Assembly: GCF_009914755.1 (NCBI RefSeq)
Contig: NC_060932.1
Strand: one strand, 5' to 3'
Length of the DNA stretch: 64,000 nucleotides
DNA from: the human T2T-CHM13v2.0 reference genome, Homo sapiens
Positions 28,071 through 41,188 of the stretch are shown piece after piece. The translations under genes and the position numbers were made by a program. How positions within the stretch are numbered: the stretch's first letter is position 1; every line of letters starts with the position of its first letter. A model generated the notes under the pieces. That model did not search any database, was not told where the DNA came from, and was given only the letters and a program-made list of their open reading frames with translations.

Positions 28071-31000
28071 GGAAATACGTACATACGTACATACATGCAT
28101 ACATACATACATACGTACGTACATACTTTTGAAAAACGTCTATACAGCTTGGATCTTCATTCCTGATAAGCCAAGGAACCTGGAGAAACACCAGAATTCT
28201 GTCCCTCTGAGAATGCCGGACAGGTTTACCTTCATCACCATAAAATTTTGGAACAAATGTGGTAACTGCAGGTTCTCCCCACAATGAGTAACTGAAAATT
28301 GAGGCAGTATTGCAGATCCTAAAAAACTGATGAAGTAATTCACCACACATTTGGGTTGTTTTTGCCTTTTCCTACTATGAAGATTGCTAGTAGGAAGAAT
28401 GGTGTACAAGTATCTGTTTGATTCCCTGCTTTTAGAATCCTTTGCTTGTTTGTGTGTTTGTCTGTTCCTTCTTGAGACAGGATTTCACTCCAGTCAGCCA
28501 GGCTTTTCCAGTGTGTAATTTTTGTTGTTTCCTTTTGTCAAGTTTTAGAAGTTGTTATTTTACTTCTATTGAATTTTAAGGCATTTTTAGATATGTATTA
28601 AAACATTATCACACATGCCGTGTGTTACATTGCAATTATCTTCATCGTTCCTTTAAGAAACAAAAGGTTTTAGCTTAGATATCTTCCAATTTGTGAAGCT
28701 TTTCTGATTTTGACTTTTTTAAAAATGATGTCATATACAAGAAACCCTTGGATTAAAAATGCCATGAATATTTCTCTCATACACACAAACTGTTTAATAT
28801 GTACACAATTGTTAAATAGCATTGTTATATATGAAATAAGGCAAATGTTTAGCTACTATCCTAGCCCGGTTCCACACCTAACATATTTGCTCATAATACT
28901 GACAAGTAAATCTGCTTCAACTCTTCCATAGTCACAGTGTAAGCAGTGTCCATTAAATTCTCTGAGGAATGCAAGAGGATACAACCTAAGACAAAAAACT
29001 TAATTGAATCCTGATATATTATTAGTAAATAGGGTAATTGATGGATAAATGTAATGGTCTCGGTGGGTGGACAGTAGTTATATAAGGGCTGATGCAGCAA
29101 GATAATTATTTAAAAGAGTTTGAAAGAAATGGAAACAGAAGAGTGGATGTATTCAGCTAAAATAAAATCCGGAAGCCCTGAAATAAATCTCATTTTGGGT
29201 GTAAAAAAATGGCATTAGAGGAGATTCTGGGTCAATCATCAAGCTGTGAAAGCTGCATCTTGGAAGCAGGATCCCTGTAATGCAACGAGACTTGTATATC
29301 AGAGGTGGTCTTTCAGTGGAAAAGATTTTGAAGAATGGACCCTTCCTTTTGTGTATTTGACGATTAGACTTCATGCCAAATCTCGGGTTTAAAACTCTAT
29401 TTAAACATTAACAGAATTAATTAAAATGGCAAAAAATCAAGAAATTTTTTGATTAGGAATCATCACATATTCATTTCTTGTTAGGTACAGTTATCAAAGA
29501 TGACCTACCAGAGAGAAACGATTGTGGAGAATGGCCCCTTACTTTTGTATATTTGCTGATAAGATTTCATAGTCCATTTATCATTAGGTACAAAGATCAA
29601 AGTTGACCTACCAAAGAGTTGAGATGTCCAGGACAGAACTCAGGGCTCGGTAGAACCACAGAATCTTGGGTGAAATATTGCTCAAGAACAAAAATGTGCT
29701 TATTCAGAGTGTTTGTGTGTGACATGTGTGTGAATTAAAGTGCAATGAGCATGACACGCAGGCAGGACATCAATTCGGCTCACCTCAAAAGCAGTTATGA
29801 GCATTAAAGGACAACAATTCCTAGGTCCCGCTTAAAGAGATAAGACCATCCAACACCCTGTGTGAAGCCACGGCATCTGGATTGCTCATGTTTCTGGGGA
29901 ACATTCTTCTGAAAATGGCGGCTCCTTTCTCCCTGTGGAGCATCTTTCTAAGCAGTGCTCCTTTCTTCCCCCAGGACACTTTACATCGGGCATAGGAAGC
30001 CTTCTGATGAAGCACACCTGCCCCATGAAAAGACAAAGGAAAGAAACAGGGCCAAAGGTCACAGCCCACTCATTTCATCACCATCCTTAAAATCATCCTA
30101 ATTTCATGGGCCATGAAGCCAGGGCTGTTTCTTTACACCCAGAGGCCTTGGCGCCGGGCCTCAATTCTGCCCTGTTCCTTACTGTCTAAGACATTTTGGG
30201 AAAATCCCTAGAGCCAGGATCTTCATTCCTGGTAAGCCAGAGAGCCTGAAGACACACCCAAATGCTGTCCCTCTTAGTTCAGGGAACATGTCCACTTTCG
30301 TCAGCATTACAATTTTTGCATCAAAGGTGCTAACTGCAATTCCACCATACAATGCATAACTGGAAATGGAGGGAACATCTCAGAGCATGAACAACCGATG
30401 AGAGAATCCAGGAGATACACGGCTTATTTTTGCCATTTCCCAGTGAAACAAGAGCCAGTATTAAAAAGGTTATGCTACCCTCTGTTTCACTCACTGCTTT
30501 TAAACGTCTCCGATGTTTTCTTCTTCAGACAGGGCCTCACTCCCGTCACCCGGGCTTTTCTACGGTATAATTTTCCTTGTTTGCTTTTGTCAAAATTAGA
30601 ACTTTTTATTTCATCTCTATGAAATGTTGATCCATTATCACGTAAGTATGGAAATAGTATCAGCCATGCTGTGAGATACGTTGTTTTTATTTTCATCAGT
30701 TATTTAATAAACAAAAGCTTATAGTTGGGATACCTTTGGATTTCTCAAGTTTTTTGTTTCAAGTTTTCTTAAACTGCCGCCGTACGTCCGAAACCACTCA
30801 CTATACAATGTCAGGACCATCTCTCTTTTCTGGCACACATAAATTTGGGGAATGTCATCAATTAGTCTCTCGGTGATTGCATGATTTCCCCAAAGTCTTT
30901 CACAGCCTACTTTGTGCACTGAGTATCTCTTCAAACTTTAGTGCATGTTTCTACCATTTGATGCTTTATTATTTGGCAGCCTAGCTTCCACAAGAGCATT

Positions 31001-31274
31001 TCATGCAAAGACTTGTCTTGTTCTCCACTGGCCAGTAATTTCACTCGGATAGAGAGTCAATAGGCTGAACGTGGAAAGGTTATCCCTGGAAGGTCTGTTT
31101 GATGCCACGGATCTCTCCTTTATTATTAAGGAAGAAAATACGCTGTGCTAAATACTATACTTCATTGACTATTCTCAGGTCAGAAAGCGCACTTCAGACT
31201 TCTTGTCCTTCCGTCGATGAGAGGATGACGGTAGCTGCCAAAAGTACATACTTGGAAGTTCATCCCAGCACAAG

Positions 31275-31325
<51 letters not shown>

Positions 31326-31499
31326 AGATACACACACGGTTTCATAGGTAAAGATTTCTTCCCTGACATTCTTTTACCTAAAATAAGGCAACTGTGTGGC
31401 CACTGTCCCAACCCGGTTACACTCATATTATATGTGCCTATCACCCTGAGGAGTAATTTGATTCAGGTGTTCTAGAAGTCATGATGTGGGCTGTGTCTG

Positions 31500-31660
31500 T
31501 TGAATTCCCAGCGATGCAAGGGGACACACCCTGTGACTCATTCCTTAATTGAGTGCTGATATTTGATTGGTTTATCGCACACCTGATGGGTGGGTGGGGT
31601 GTTCGCGGTTGGTGGGGGTGAGTTATATAAGGGCTGATGCGGCCAGAGAGCTCGTCATTT
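31500..31660 (+). promoter_or_regulatory. USP17L2 core promoter: inverted CCAAT/DUX-like TGATTGGTTTA (31564-31574), G-rich tract, TATATAA (31624-31630)
   Basis: Motifs read directly; repeated at 36295/36355 and 41010/41070 (TATA changed to TATGTAA in unit 3). Confidence 0.7.
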
Positions 31661-31742
31661 GAAGACTCTCTTGGAAGAGATAGCGTCTTGCTGCAACCTG
31701 CGGTCCCAGCAGAAAAACCTTGTGATCCTTGTTGCGGGCGAC

Positions 31743-33335
31743 ATGGAGGACGACTCACTCTACTTGGGAGGTGAGTGGCAGTTCAACCACTTTTCAAAAC
31801 TCACATCTTCTCGGCCAGATGCAGCTTTTGCTGAAATCCAGCGGACTTCTCTCCCTGAGAAGTCACCACTCTCATCTGAGGCCCGTGTCGACCTCTGTGA
31901 TGATTTGGCTCCTGTGGCAAGACAGCTTGCTCCCAGGAAGAAGCTTCCTCTGAGTAGCAGGAGACCTGCTGCGGTGGGGGCTGGGCTCCAGAATATGGGA
32001 AATACCTGCTACGAGAACGCTTCCCTGCAGTGCCTGACATACACACCGCCCCTTGCCAACTACATGCTGTCCCGGGAGCACTCTCAAACATGTCAGCGTC
32101 CCAAGTGCTGCATGCTCTGTACTATGCAAGCTCACATCACATGGGCCCTCCACAGTCCTGGTCATGTCATCCAGCCCTCACAGGCATTGGCTGCTGGCTT
32201 CCATAGAGGCAAGCAGGAAGATGCCCATGAATTTCTCATGTTCACTGTGGATGCCATGAAAAAGGCATGCCTTCCCGGCCACAAGCAGGTAGATCATCAC
32301 TCTAAGGACACCACCCTCATCCACCAAATATTTGGAGGCTGCTGGAGATCTCAAATCAAGTGTCTCCACTGCCACGGGATTTCAGACACTTTTGACCCTT
32401 ACCTGGACATCGCCCTGGATATCCAGGCAGCTCAGAGTGTCAAGCAAGCTTTGGAACAGTTGGTGAAGCCCGAAGAACTCAATGGAGAGAATGCCTATCA
32501 TTGCGGTCTTTGTCTCCAGAGGGCGCCGGCCTCCAAGACGTTAACTTTACACACTTCTGCCAAGGTCCTCATCCTTGTCTTGAAGAGATTCTCCGATGTC
32601 ACAGGCAACAAACTTGCCAAGAATGTGCAATATCCTGAGTGCCTTGACATGCAGCCATACATGTCTCAGCAGAACACAGGACCTCTTGTCTATGTCCTCT
32701 ATGCTGTGCTGGTCCACGCTGGGTGGAGTTGTCACGATGGACATTACTTCTCTTATGTCAAAGCTCAAGAAGGCCAGTGGTATAAAATGGATGATGCCAA
32801 GGTCACTGCCTGTAGCATCACTTCTGTCCTGAGTCAACAGGCCTATGTCCTCTTTTACATCCAGAAGAGTGAATGGGAAAGACACAGTGAGAGTGTGTCA
32901 AGAGGCAGGGAACCAAGAGCCCTCGGCGCTGAAGACACAGACAGGCGAGCAACGCAAGGAGAGCTCAAGAGAGACCACCCCTGCCTCCAGGCACCCGAGT
33001 TGGACGAGCGCTTGGTGGAAAGAGCCACTCAGGAAAGCACCTTAGACCACTGGAAATTCCCCCAAGAGCAAAACAAAACGAAGCCTGAGTTCAACGTCAG
33101 AAAAGTCGAAGGTACCCTGCCTCCCAACGTACTTGTGATTCATCAATCGAAATACAAGTGTGGGATGAAAAACCATCATCCTGAACAGCAAAGCTCCCTG
33201 CTAAACCTCTCTTCGACGACCCGGACAGATCAGGAGTCCGTGAACACTGGCACCCTCGCTTCTCTGCAAGGGAGGACCAGGAGATCCAAAGGGAAGAACA
33301 AACACAGCAAGAGGGCTCTGCTTGTGTGCCAGTGA
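31743..33335 (+). CDS. USP17L2: Ubiquitin-specific peptidase 17-like 2 (DUB3), 530 aa, intronless
   Basis: [20 protein letters not shown]..; Cys box [10 protein letters not shown] (C89), His box GHY (H334), MDD (D350/351); paralog-diagnostic residues SEARVD, PRKKLP and DDAKVTAC as recalled. The true ATG is 31743, not the upstream TTG. Confidence 0.95.
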   Translation: MEDDSLYLGGEWQFNHFSKLTSSRPDAAFAEIQRTSLPEKSPLSSEARVDLCDDLAPVARQLAPRKKLPLSSRRPAAVGAGLQNMGNTCYENASLQCLTYTPPLANYMLSREHSQTCQRPKCCMLCTMQAHITWALHSPGHVIQPSQALAAGFHRGKQEDAHEFLMFTVDAMKKACLPGHKQVDHHSKDTTLIHQIFGGCWRSQIKCLHCHGISDTFDPYLDIALDIQAAQSVKQALEQLVKPEELNGENAYHCGLCLQRAPASKTLTLHTSAKVLILVLKRFSDVTGNKLAKNVQYPECLDMQPYMSQQNTGPLVYVLYAVLVHAGWSCHDGHYFSYVKAQEGQWYKMDDAKVTACSITSVLSQQAYVLFYIQKSEWERHSESVSRGREPRALGAEDTDRRATQGELKRDHPCLQAPELDERLVERATQESTLDHWKFPQEQNKTKPEFNVRKVEGTLPPNVLVIHQSKYKCGMKNHHPEQQSSLLNLSSTTRTDQESVNTGTLASLQGRTRRSKGKNKHSKRALLVCQ

Positions 33336-36005
33336 TCTCAGTGGAAGTGCCGACCCACACGTAGGGGTGAACGCACACACACACACGCACAAATACACCC
33401 ACAAGCGCGCACGCAAACACACACACACACACAAACACGAACACCGTCAATCCTACATAAAGTAATGAGGAGTCCAAGTTTCTGTCTCTACAACAGGGAC
33501 AACTGGATAGTGATGGCTGCATCTCAGGATGAGCCCACACATGGGAAACATCAAGTTTTGGGGTCGTGAGTCTTCCGAACCTCTGGAGAGACTGTCTGTG
33601 TGTTTGTGTTCATGGTAGATGACATTCACTGTGTATTTCTGAATATGACCTACTGACGTGTAGGTTTGAGTGTGAGGTTATTGCAGGGGACTCGGTTTCC
33701 TATTTTCTCTTGGGGTGTGTTTCATTCGTCAGTTGTTGGGCGGCACGAGAAGGTGAAATTTTGCTCATGTGGCACATCCATGGATCATTCTCGCCACCTT
33801 GAATAGTGGAAACTGGAATGCATTTAGAAGATAGGAACGGTGCTCTTCTTTCTTACCCTGGCTCACCGTTTTTACATTGGTTTCTGAATGGACCTCAGGC
33901 GCCCTGGGACTTGTGCTCTTGCTGGAACCCACATAACGCCGGAAACAGACAGACCGACTTGCCTGTTTCACGGTGTCCAATTCCAATGAGTCGAAATGGA
34001 AAATTTTCCCACTGGCATGTCAGTCATTTGGAAATAAGTCGTATTGATAATAAAGGAAATCAAACACAGGAGTGTGTGTATTCAACTGAAATAAATTCAG
34101 AAAGCCCTGAAATAAACCTCATTTGGTGTGCTTACAAATGGCATTTGGGGAGATTCCGGGTCATTCGTCCAGCTGCGAAAGCTGCATCTCTGAAGCACAG
34201 TCACTGTCCTGCAATCAGACTTACGTATCCGACGTGGTGTTTCCGTGGAAATGATTGTGGGAAATGGCCCCTTGCTTGTCTGTATTTGCTGATTAGATTT
34301 CATGGTCCCTTTCTCGTTAGGTGCAGTGATCAAAGTTGACCAACCCCAGAGGAAAGCTGCCCAGGGCACCACTCAGGGCTCCGTAGAACCACAGAATCTT
34401 GGGCGCAACCCTGCTCAAGCACCCAAATGTGCATACGAACAGGGTCTCCGTGTGACGTGTGTGAAAACTACAGTGTGATGAGCATGACTCGCAGACAGGT
34501 TATCGATTGGGCTCCCCTCAAAATCAGTTAGGAACATGAAAGCACACCGATGCCCAGGTCCCGGCTGCAGGAATAAGACCCTCCAACGTCTTGTGTGAAG
34601 CCACGACATCTGCATTGCTCATGCTTCTGGGGATCATTCTCCTGAAAATGGTGGCTTCTTTCTCCCTGTGGAGCATCTTTCTAAGCAGTGCTCCTTTCTT
34701 CCCCCAGGACACTTTACATCAGGTGCACGAAGCCTTCTGATGGAGCACACCTGGCCCATGAAAAGACAAGGGAAAGAAACGGGGCCAAAGGTCACAGTCC
34801 TCTCATTCCATCATCCTCCTTAAAATCATCCGAATTTCATGAGCCCTTGAAGCCAGGGCTGTTTCTTTACACCCAGAGGCCTTGGCGCCGGGCCTCAATT
34901 CTGCCCTGTTCCTTACTGTCTAAGACATTTTGGGAAAATCCCTAGAGCCAGGATCTTCATTCCTGGTAAGCCAGAGAGCCTGAAGACACACCCAAATGCT
35001 GTCCCTCTTAGTTCAGGGAACATGTCCACTTTCGTCAGCATTACAATTTTTGCACCAAATGTACTAACTGCAATTCCACCATACAATGCATAACTGGAAA
35101 TGGAGGGAACATCTCAGACCATGAACAATCGATGAGAGAATCCAGGAGACACACGGCTTATTTTTGCCTTTTCCCTGTGAAACAAGGGCCAGCATTAAAA
35201 AGGTTATGCTATCTTCTGTTTCACTCCCTGCTTTTAAACGTCTCCGATGTTTTCTTCTTCAGACAGGGCCTCACTCCCGTCACCCGGGCTTTTCTACGGT
35301 ATAATTTTCCTTGTTTGCTTTTGTCAAAATTAGAACTTTTTATTTCATCTCTATGAAATGTTGAGCCATTATCACATACGTATGGAAACAGTATCACCCA
35401 TGCTGTGAGATACGTTGTTTTTATTTTCATCAGTTCTTTAATAAACAAAAGCTTATAGTTGGGATACCTTTGGATTTCTCAAGTTTTTTGTTTCATGTTT
35501 TCTTAAACTGCCGCCGCACGTCCGAAACCACTCACTATACAATGTCAGGACCATCTCTCTTTTCTGGTACACATAAATTTGGGGAAAGTCATCAATTAGT
35601 CTCTCGGTGATTGCATGATTTCCCCAAAGTCTTTCACAGTCTACTTTGTGCACTGAGTAACTCTTCAAACTTCAGTGCATGTTTCTACCATTTGATGCTT
35701 TATTTGGCAGCCTAGCTTCCACAAGAGTATTTCATGCAAAGACTTGTCTTGTTCTCCACTGGCAGGTAATTTCACTCGGATAGAGAATCAATAGTCTGAA
35801 CGTGGAAAGGTTATCCCTGGAAGGTCTGTTTGATTCCACGGATCTCTCCTTTATTATTAAGGAAAAATATACGCTGTGCTAAATACTATACTTCATTGAC
35901 TATTCTCAGGTCAGAAAGTGCACTTCAGACTTCTTGTGCTTCCATCGCTGAGAGGATGATGGTAGCTGCCAAAAGTACATACTTGGAAGTTCATCCCAGC
36001 ACAAG

Positions 36006-36062
<57 letters not shown>

Positions 36063-36473
36063 ACACACGGTTTCATAGGTAAAGATTTCTTCCCTGACAT
36101 TCTTTTACCTAAAATAAGGCAACTGTGTGGCCACTGTCCCAACCCGGTTACACTCATATTACATGTGTCTATCAGCCTGAGGAGTAATTTGATTCAGGTG
36201 TTCTAGAAGTCATGATGTGGGCTGTGTCTGTTGAATTCCCAGCGATGCAAGGGGACACACCCTGTGACTCATTCCTTAATTGAGTGCTGATATTTGATTG
36301 GTTTATCGCACACCTGATGGGTGGGTGGGGTGTTCGTGGTTGGAGGGGGTGAGTTATATAAGGGCTGATGCGGCCAGAGAGCTGGTCATTTGAAGACTCT
36401 CTCGGAAGAGATAGCGTCTTGCTGCAACCTGCGGTCCCAGCAGAAAAACCTTGTGATCCTTGTTGCGGGCGAC

Positions 36474-38066
36474 ATGGAAGACGACTCACTCTATTTGGGA
36501 GGTGACTGGCAGTTCAATCACTTTTCAAAACTCACATCTTCTCGGCTAGATGCAGCTTTTGCTGAAATCCAGTGGACTTCTCTCTCTGAAAAGTCACCAC
36601 TCTCATCTGAGACCCGTTTCGACCTCTGTGATGATTTGGCTCCTGTGGCAAGACAGCTTGCTCCCAGGGAGAAGCTTCCTCTGAGTAGCAGGAGACCTGC
36701 TGCGGTGGGGGCTGGGCTCCAGAAGATAGGAAATACCTTCTATGTGAACGTTTCCCTGCAGTGCCTGACATACACACTGCCACTTTCCAACTACATGCTG
36801 TCCCGGGAGGACTCTCAAACGTGTCATCTTCACAAGTGCTGCATGTTCTGTACTATGCAAGCTCACATCACATGGGCCCTCTACCGTCCTGGCCATGTCA
36901 TCCAGCCCTCACAGGTATTGGCTGCTGGCTTCCATAGAGGTGAGCAGGAGGATGCCCATGAATTTCTCATGTTTACTGTGGATGCCATGAAAAAGGCATG
37001 CCTTCCCGGGCACAAGCAGCTAGATCATCACTCCAAGGACACCACCCTCATCCACCAAATATTTGGAGCGTATTGGAGATCTCAAATCAAGTATCTCCAC
37101 TGCCACGGCGTTTCAGACACCTTTGACCCTTACCTGGACATCGCCCTGGATATCCAGGCAGCTCAGAGTGTCAAGCAAGCTTTGGAACAGTTGGTGAAGC
37201 CCAAAGAACTCAATGGAGAGAATGCTTATCATTGTGGTCTTTGTCTCCAGAAGGCGCCTGCCTCCAAGACGTTAACTTTACCCACTTCTGCCAAGGTCCT
37301 CATCCTTGTCTTGAAGAGATTCTCCGATGTCACAGGCAACAAACTTGCCAAGAATGTGCAATATCCTGAGTGCCTTGACATGCAGCCATACATGTCTCAG
37401 CAGAACACAGGACCTCTTGTCTATGTCCTCTATGCTGTGCTGGTCCACGCTGGGTGGAGTTGTCACAACGGACATTACTTCTCTTATGTCAAAGCTCAAG
37501 AAGGCCAGTGGTATAAAATGGATGATGCCGAGGTCACTGCCTCTGGCATCACCTCTGTCCTGAGTCAACAGGCCTATGTCCTCTTTTACATCCAGAAGAG
37601 TGAATGGGAAAGACACAGTGAGAGTGTGTCAAGAGGCAGGGAACCAAGAGCCCTTGGTGCTGAAGACACAGACAGGCGAGCAACGCAAGGAGAGCTCAAG
37701 AGAGACCACCCTTGCCTCCAGGTACCCGAGTTGGATGAGCACTTGGTGGAAAGAGCCACTCAGGAAAGCACCTTAGACCACTGGAAATTCCCCCAAAAGC
37801 AAAACAAAACGAAGCCTGAGTTCAACGTCAGAAAAGTTGAAGGTACCCTGCCTCCCAACGTACTTGTGATTCATCAATCAAAATACAAGTGTGGTATGAA
37901 AAACCATCATCCTGAACAGCAAAGCTCCCTGCTAAACCTCTCTTCGACGAAACCGACAGATCAGGAGTCCATGAACACTGGCACACTCGCTTCTCTGCAA
38001 GGGAGCACCAGGAGATCCAAAGGGAATAACAAACACAGCAAGAGATCTCTGCTTGTGTGCCAGTGA
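36474..38066 (+). CDS. USP17L7: Inactive USP17-like 7, 530 aa intact ORF lacking the catalytic cysteine
   Basis: [10 protein letters not shown]: C89F (ttc 36738-36740), N84K and C207Y; His and Asp retained; no stops or frameshifts. Confidence 0.9.
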   Translation: MEDDSLYLGGDWQFNHFSKLTSSRLDAAFAEIQWTSLSEKSPLSSETRFDLCDDLAPVARQLAPREKLPLSSRRPAAVGAGLQKIGNTFYVNVSLQCLTYTLPLSNYMLSREDSQTCHLHKCCMFCTMQAHITWALYRPGHVIQPSQVLAAGFHRGEQEDAHEFLMFTVDAMKKACLPGHKQLDHHSKDTTLIHQIFGAYWRSQIKYLHCHGVSDTFDPYLDIALDIQAAQSVKQALEQLVKPKELNGENAYHCGLCLQKAPASKTLTLPTSAKVLILVLKRFSDVTGNKLAKNVQYPECLDMQPYMSQQNTGPLVYVLYAVLVHAGWSCHNGHYFSYVKAQEGQWYKMDDAEVTASGITSVLSQQAYVLFYIQKSEWERHSESVSRGREPRALGAEDTDRRATQGELKRDHPCLQVPELDEHLVERATQESTLDHWKFPQKQNKTKPEFNVRKVEGTLPPNVLVIHQSKYKCGMKNHHPEQQSSLLNLSSTKPTDQESMNTGTLASLQGSTRRSKGNNKHSKRSLLVCQ

Positions 38067-41000
38067 TCACAGTGGAAGTACCGACCCACACTGAGGGGTG
38101 CACACACACACACACACACACAAACACAAATACACCCACAAGCGCGCACGGAAACACACACACACCCACACAAACACGAACACCGTCAATCCTACATAAA
38201 GTAATGAGGAGCCCCAGTTTCTGTCTCTACAACAGGGACAATTGGATAGTGATGGCTGCATCTCAGGATGAGCCCACACATGGGAAACATCAAGTTTTGG
38301 GTTCGTGAGTCTTCCGAACCTCTGGAGGGACTGTCTGTGTGTTTGTGTTCATGGTAGATGACATTCAGTGTGTATTTCTTAATGTGACCTATTGACCTGT
38401 AGGTTTGCGTGTGAGGTTATTGCAGGGGACATGGTTTACTATTTCCTGTTGGGGTTTGTTTCATTCGTCAGTTGTTGGTCGGCAAGAGAAGGTGAAATTT
38501 TGCTCATGTGGTACATCCGTGGATCATTCTCGCCACCTTGAATAGTGGATACTGGAATTCAATTGGAAGATAGGAACGGTGCTCTCCTTTCTTACCCTGG
38601 CTCGCCCATTTTATTTTGGTTTCTGAATGGACCTCAGGTGCCCTGAGACTTGGGCTCTTGCTGGAACCCACATAACGCGGGAAACAGACAGACCGACTTA
38701 CCTGTTTCACGGTGTCCACTTCCAATGAGTGGAACCGGAAAATTTTCCCACTGGCACGGAAGTCATTTGGAACTAAGTCTCATTGATACTAAAGGAAATC
38801 AAACACTGGAGTGTGTGTATTCATCTAAAATACATTCAGAAAGCCCTGAAATAAACCTCATTTGGTGTGTTTACAAATGGCATTTGGGGAGATTCCAGGT
38901 CATTCATCCAGCTGCGAAAGCTGCATCTCTGAAACACAGTCCCTGTCCTGCAATCAGACTTATTTATCCGACGTGGTGTTTCTGTGGAAATTATTGTGGG
39001 AAATGGCCCCTTCCTTTTCTGTATTTGCTGATTAGATTTCATGGTCCCTTTCTTGTTAGGTGCAGTGATCAAAGTTGACCAACCCCTGAGGAAAGCTGTC
39101 CAGGTCACAACTCAGGGCTCCGTAGAACCACAGAATCTTGGGCGCAACCCTGCTCAAGCACCCAAATGTGCATACGAACAGGGTCTCTGTGTGACGTGTG
39201 TGAAAACTACAGTGTGATGAGCATGACTTGCAGACAGGTTATCGATTGGGCTCCCCTCAAAATTAGTTATGAGCATTAAAGGACACCGATGCCCAGGTCC
39301 CGGCTGCAGGAATAAGACCCTCCGACGTCTTGTGTGAAGCCACGGCATCTGGATTGCTCATGCTTCTGGGGATCATTCTCCTGAAAATGGTGGCTCCTTC
39401 CTGCCTGTGGAGCACCTCTCTAAGCAGTGCCCTTTCTTCACCCAGGACACTTTACATCAGGCACAGAAAGCCTTCTGATGGAGCACACCTGGCCCATGAA
39501 AAGACAAGGGATAAGAAACGGGGCCAAACATCACAGTCCTCTCATTCCACCGTCCTCCTTAAAATCATCCTAATTTCATGGGCTCTGCGGCCACGGCTGT
39601 TTCTTTACACCTCGAGACCTTGGCGCCAGGCCTCAATTCTGCCCCGGTGCTTACTGTCTAAGACATTTTGGGAAAATCCCTAGAGCCTGGATCTTCAATC
39701 CTGGTAAGCCAGAGAGCCTGGAGACACACCCAAATTATGTCCCTCTTAGTTCAGGGAACATGTCCATTTTCGTCAGCATTAAAATTTTGGCACCAAATGT
39801 GCTAACTGCAATTCCACCATACAATGCATAACTGGAAATAGAGGCAACATCTCATATCCTGAACAATTCATGTGAGAATCTAGGAGACACACCGCTTATT
39901 TTTGCCTTTTCCCACTGAAACAATGGCTAGTATTAACAATGTTATGCTATCCTTGGTTTCACTCCCCACTTTTAAATCTCTCGGATGTTTACTTCTTGAG
40001 ACAGGGCGTCACTGCCGTCACCCACGCTTTTCTACGGTGTAATTTTTGTTGTTCGCTTTTGTCAAATTTAGAAATTTTCATTTCATCTCTATCAAATGTT
40101 GCTCCATTATCACATACGTATGAAAATATTATCACGCGTGCTGTGAGATACGTTGTTTTTATTTTCATCAATTCTTTTGTAAAACAAAGGTTATAGTTGG
40201 GATACCTTTGATTTCTCAAGTTTTTTGTTTCATGTTTTCTTAAACTGCCGTCGCACGTCCAAAACCACTCGCTATGCAATGTCTTGACCATCTCTCTTTT
40301 CTGGCAAATATAAATTTTCGGAATGTCATCAATTAGTCTCTCGGTGATTGCATTATTTCCCCAAAGTCTTTTACAGTCTAGTTTGTGCACTGAGTATCTC
40401 TTCAAACTTCAGTGCATGTTTCTACGACTTAATGCTTTATTATTCAGCAATCTAGCTTCCACAAGAGCATTTAATGTAAAGACTTGTCTTTTTCTCCACT
40501 GGCAGGTAATTTCACTCAGATATAGAATCATTAGGCTGAACATGGAAAGGTTATCGCTGGGAGGTCTGTTTGATTCCACGGATCTCTCCTTTTTTATTGA
40601 GGAAAAAAATATGCTGTGCTAATTACTGTACTTCATTGCCTATTCTCAGGTCAGAAAGCGCACTTCAGACTTCTCCTTCTATCGCTGAAAGGATGATGGT
40701 ATCTGCCAAAAGCACATACTCGGAAGTACATCCCAGCACAAACACACACACACACACACGCACACAAACACACATACTCACACGGTTTCATAGGTAAAGA
40801 TTTCTTCCCTGACATTCTTTTACCTAAAATAAGGCAACTGTGTGGCCACTGTCCCAACCCGGTTACCATCATATTATATGTGCCTATCATCCTGAGGAGT
40901 AATTTGATGAAGGTGTTTTAGAAGTCATGATGTGGACTGTGTCTGTTGAATTCCCAGCGATGCAAGGGGACACACCCTGTGACTCATTCCTTAATTGAGT

Positions 41001-41188
41001 GCTGATATTTGATTGGTTTATTGCCCACCTTATGTGCGGGTGGGGTGTTCGCTCTTGGTGCGGGTGAGTTATGTAAGGGCTGATTTGGCCAGAGAACTCG
41101 TTATTTGAAGACTCTCTCGGAAGAGATAGCGTCTTTCTGCAACCTGCGGTCCCAGCAGAAAAACCCTGTGATCCTTGTTGCGGGCGAC

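Noticed and set aside
31659-31742. 28-aa N-terminal extension of the USP17 ORFs in the ORF track (also 36390, 41105)
   Set aside because: Starts at TTG right at the expected TSS (~30 nt after the TATA); the recognised protein begins at MEDDSLY
33806-34339. 177-aa and 142-aa ORFs repeated in the RS447 spacers
   Set aside because: Recurrence reflects tandem duplication; non-AUG starts and lengths differ between units
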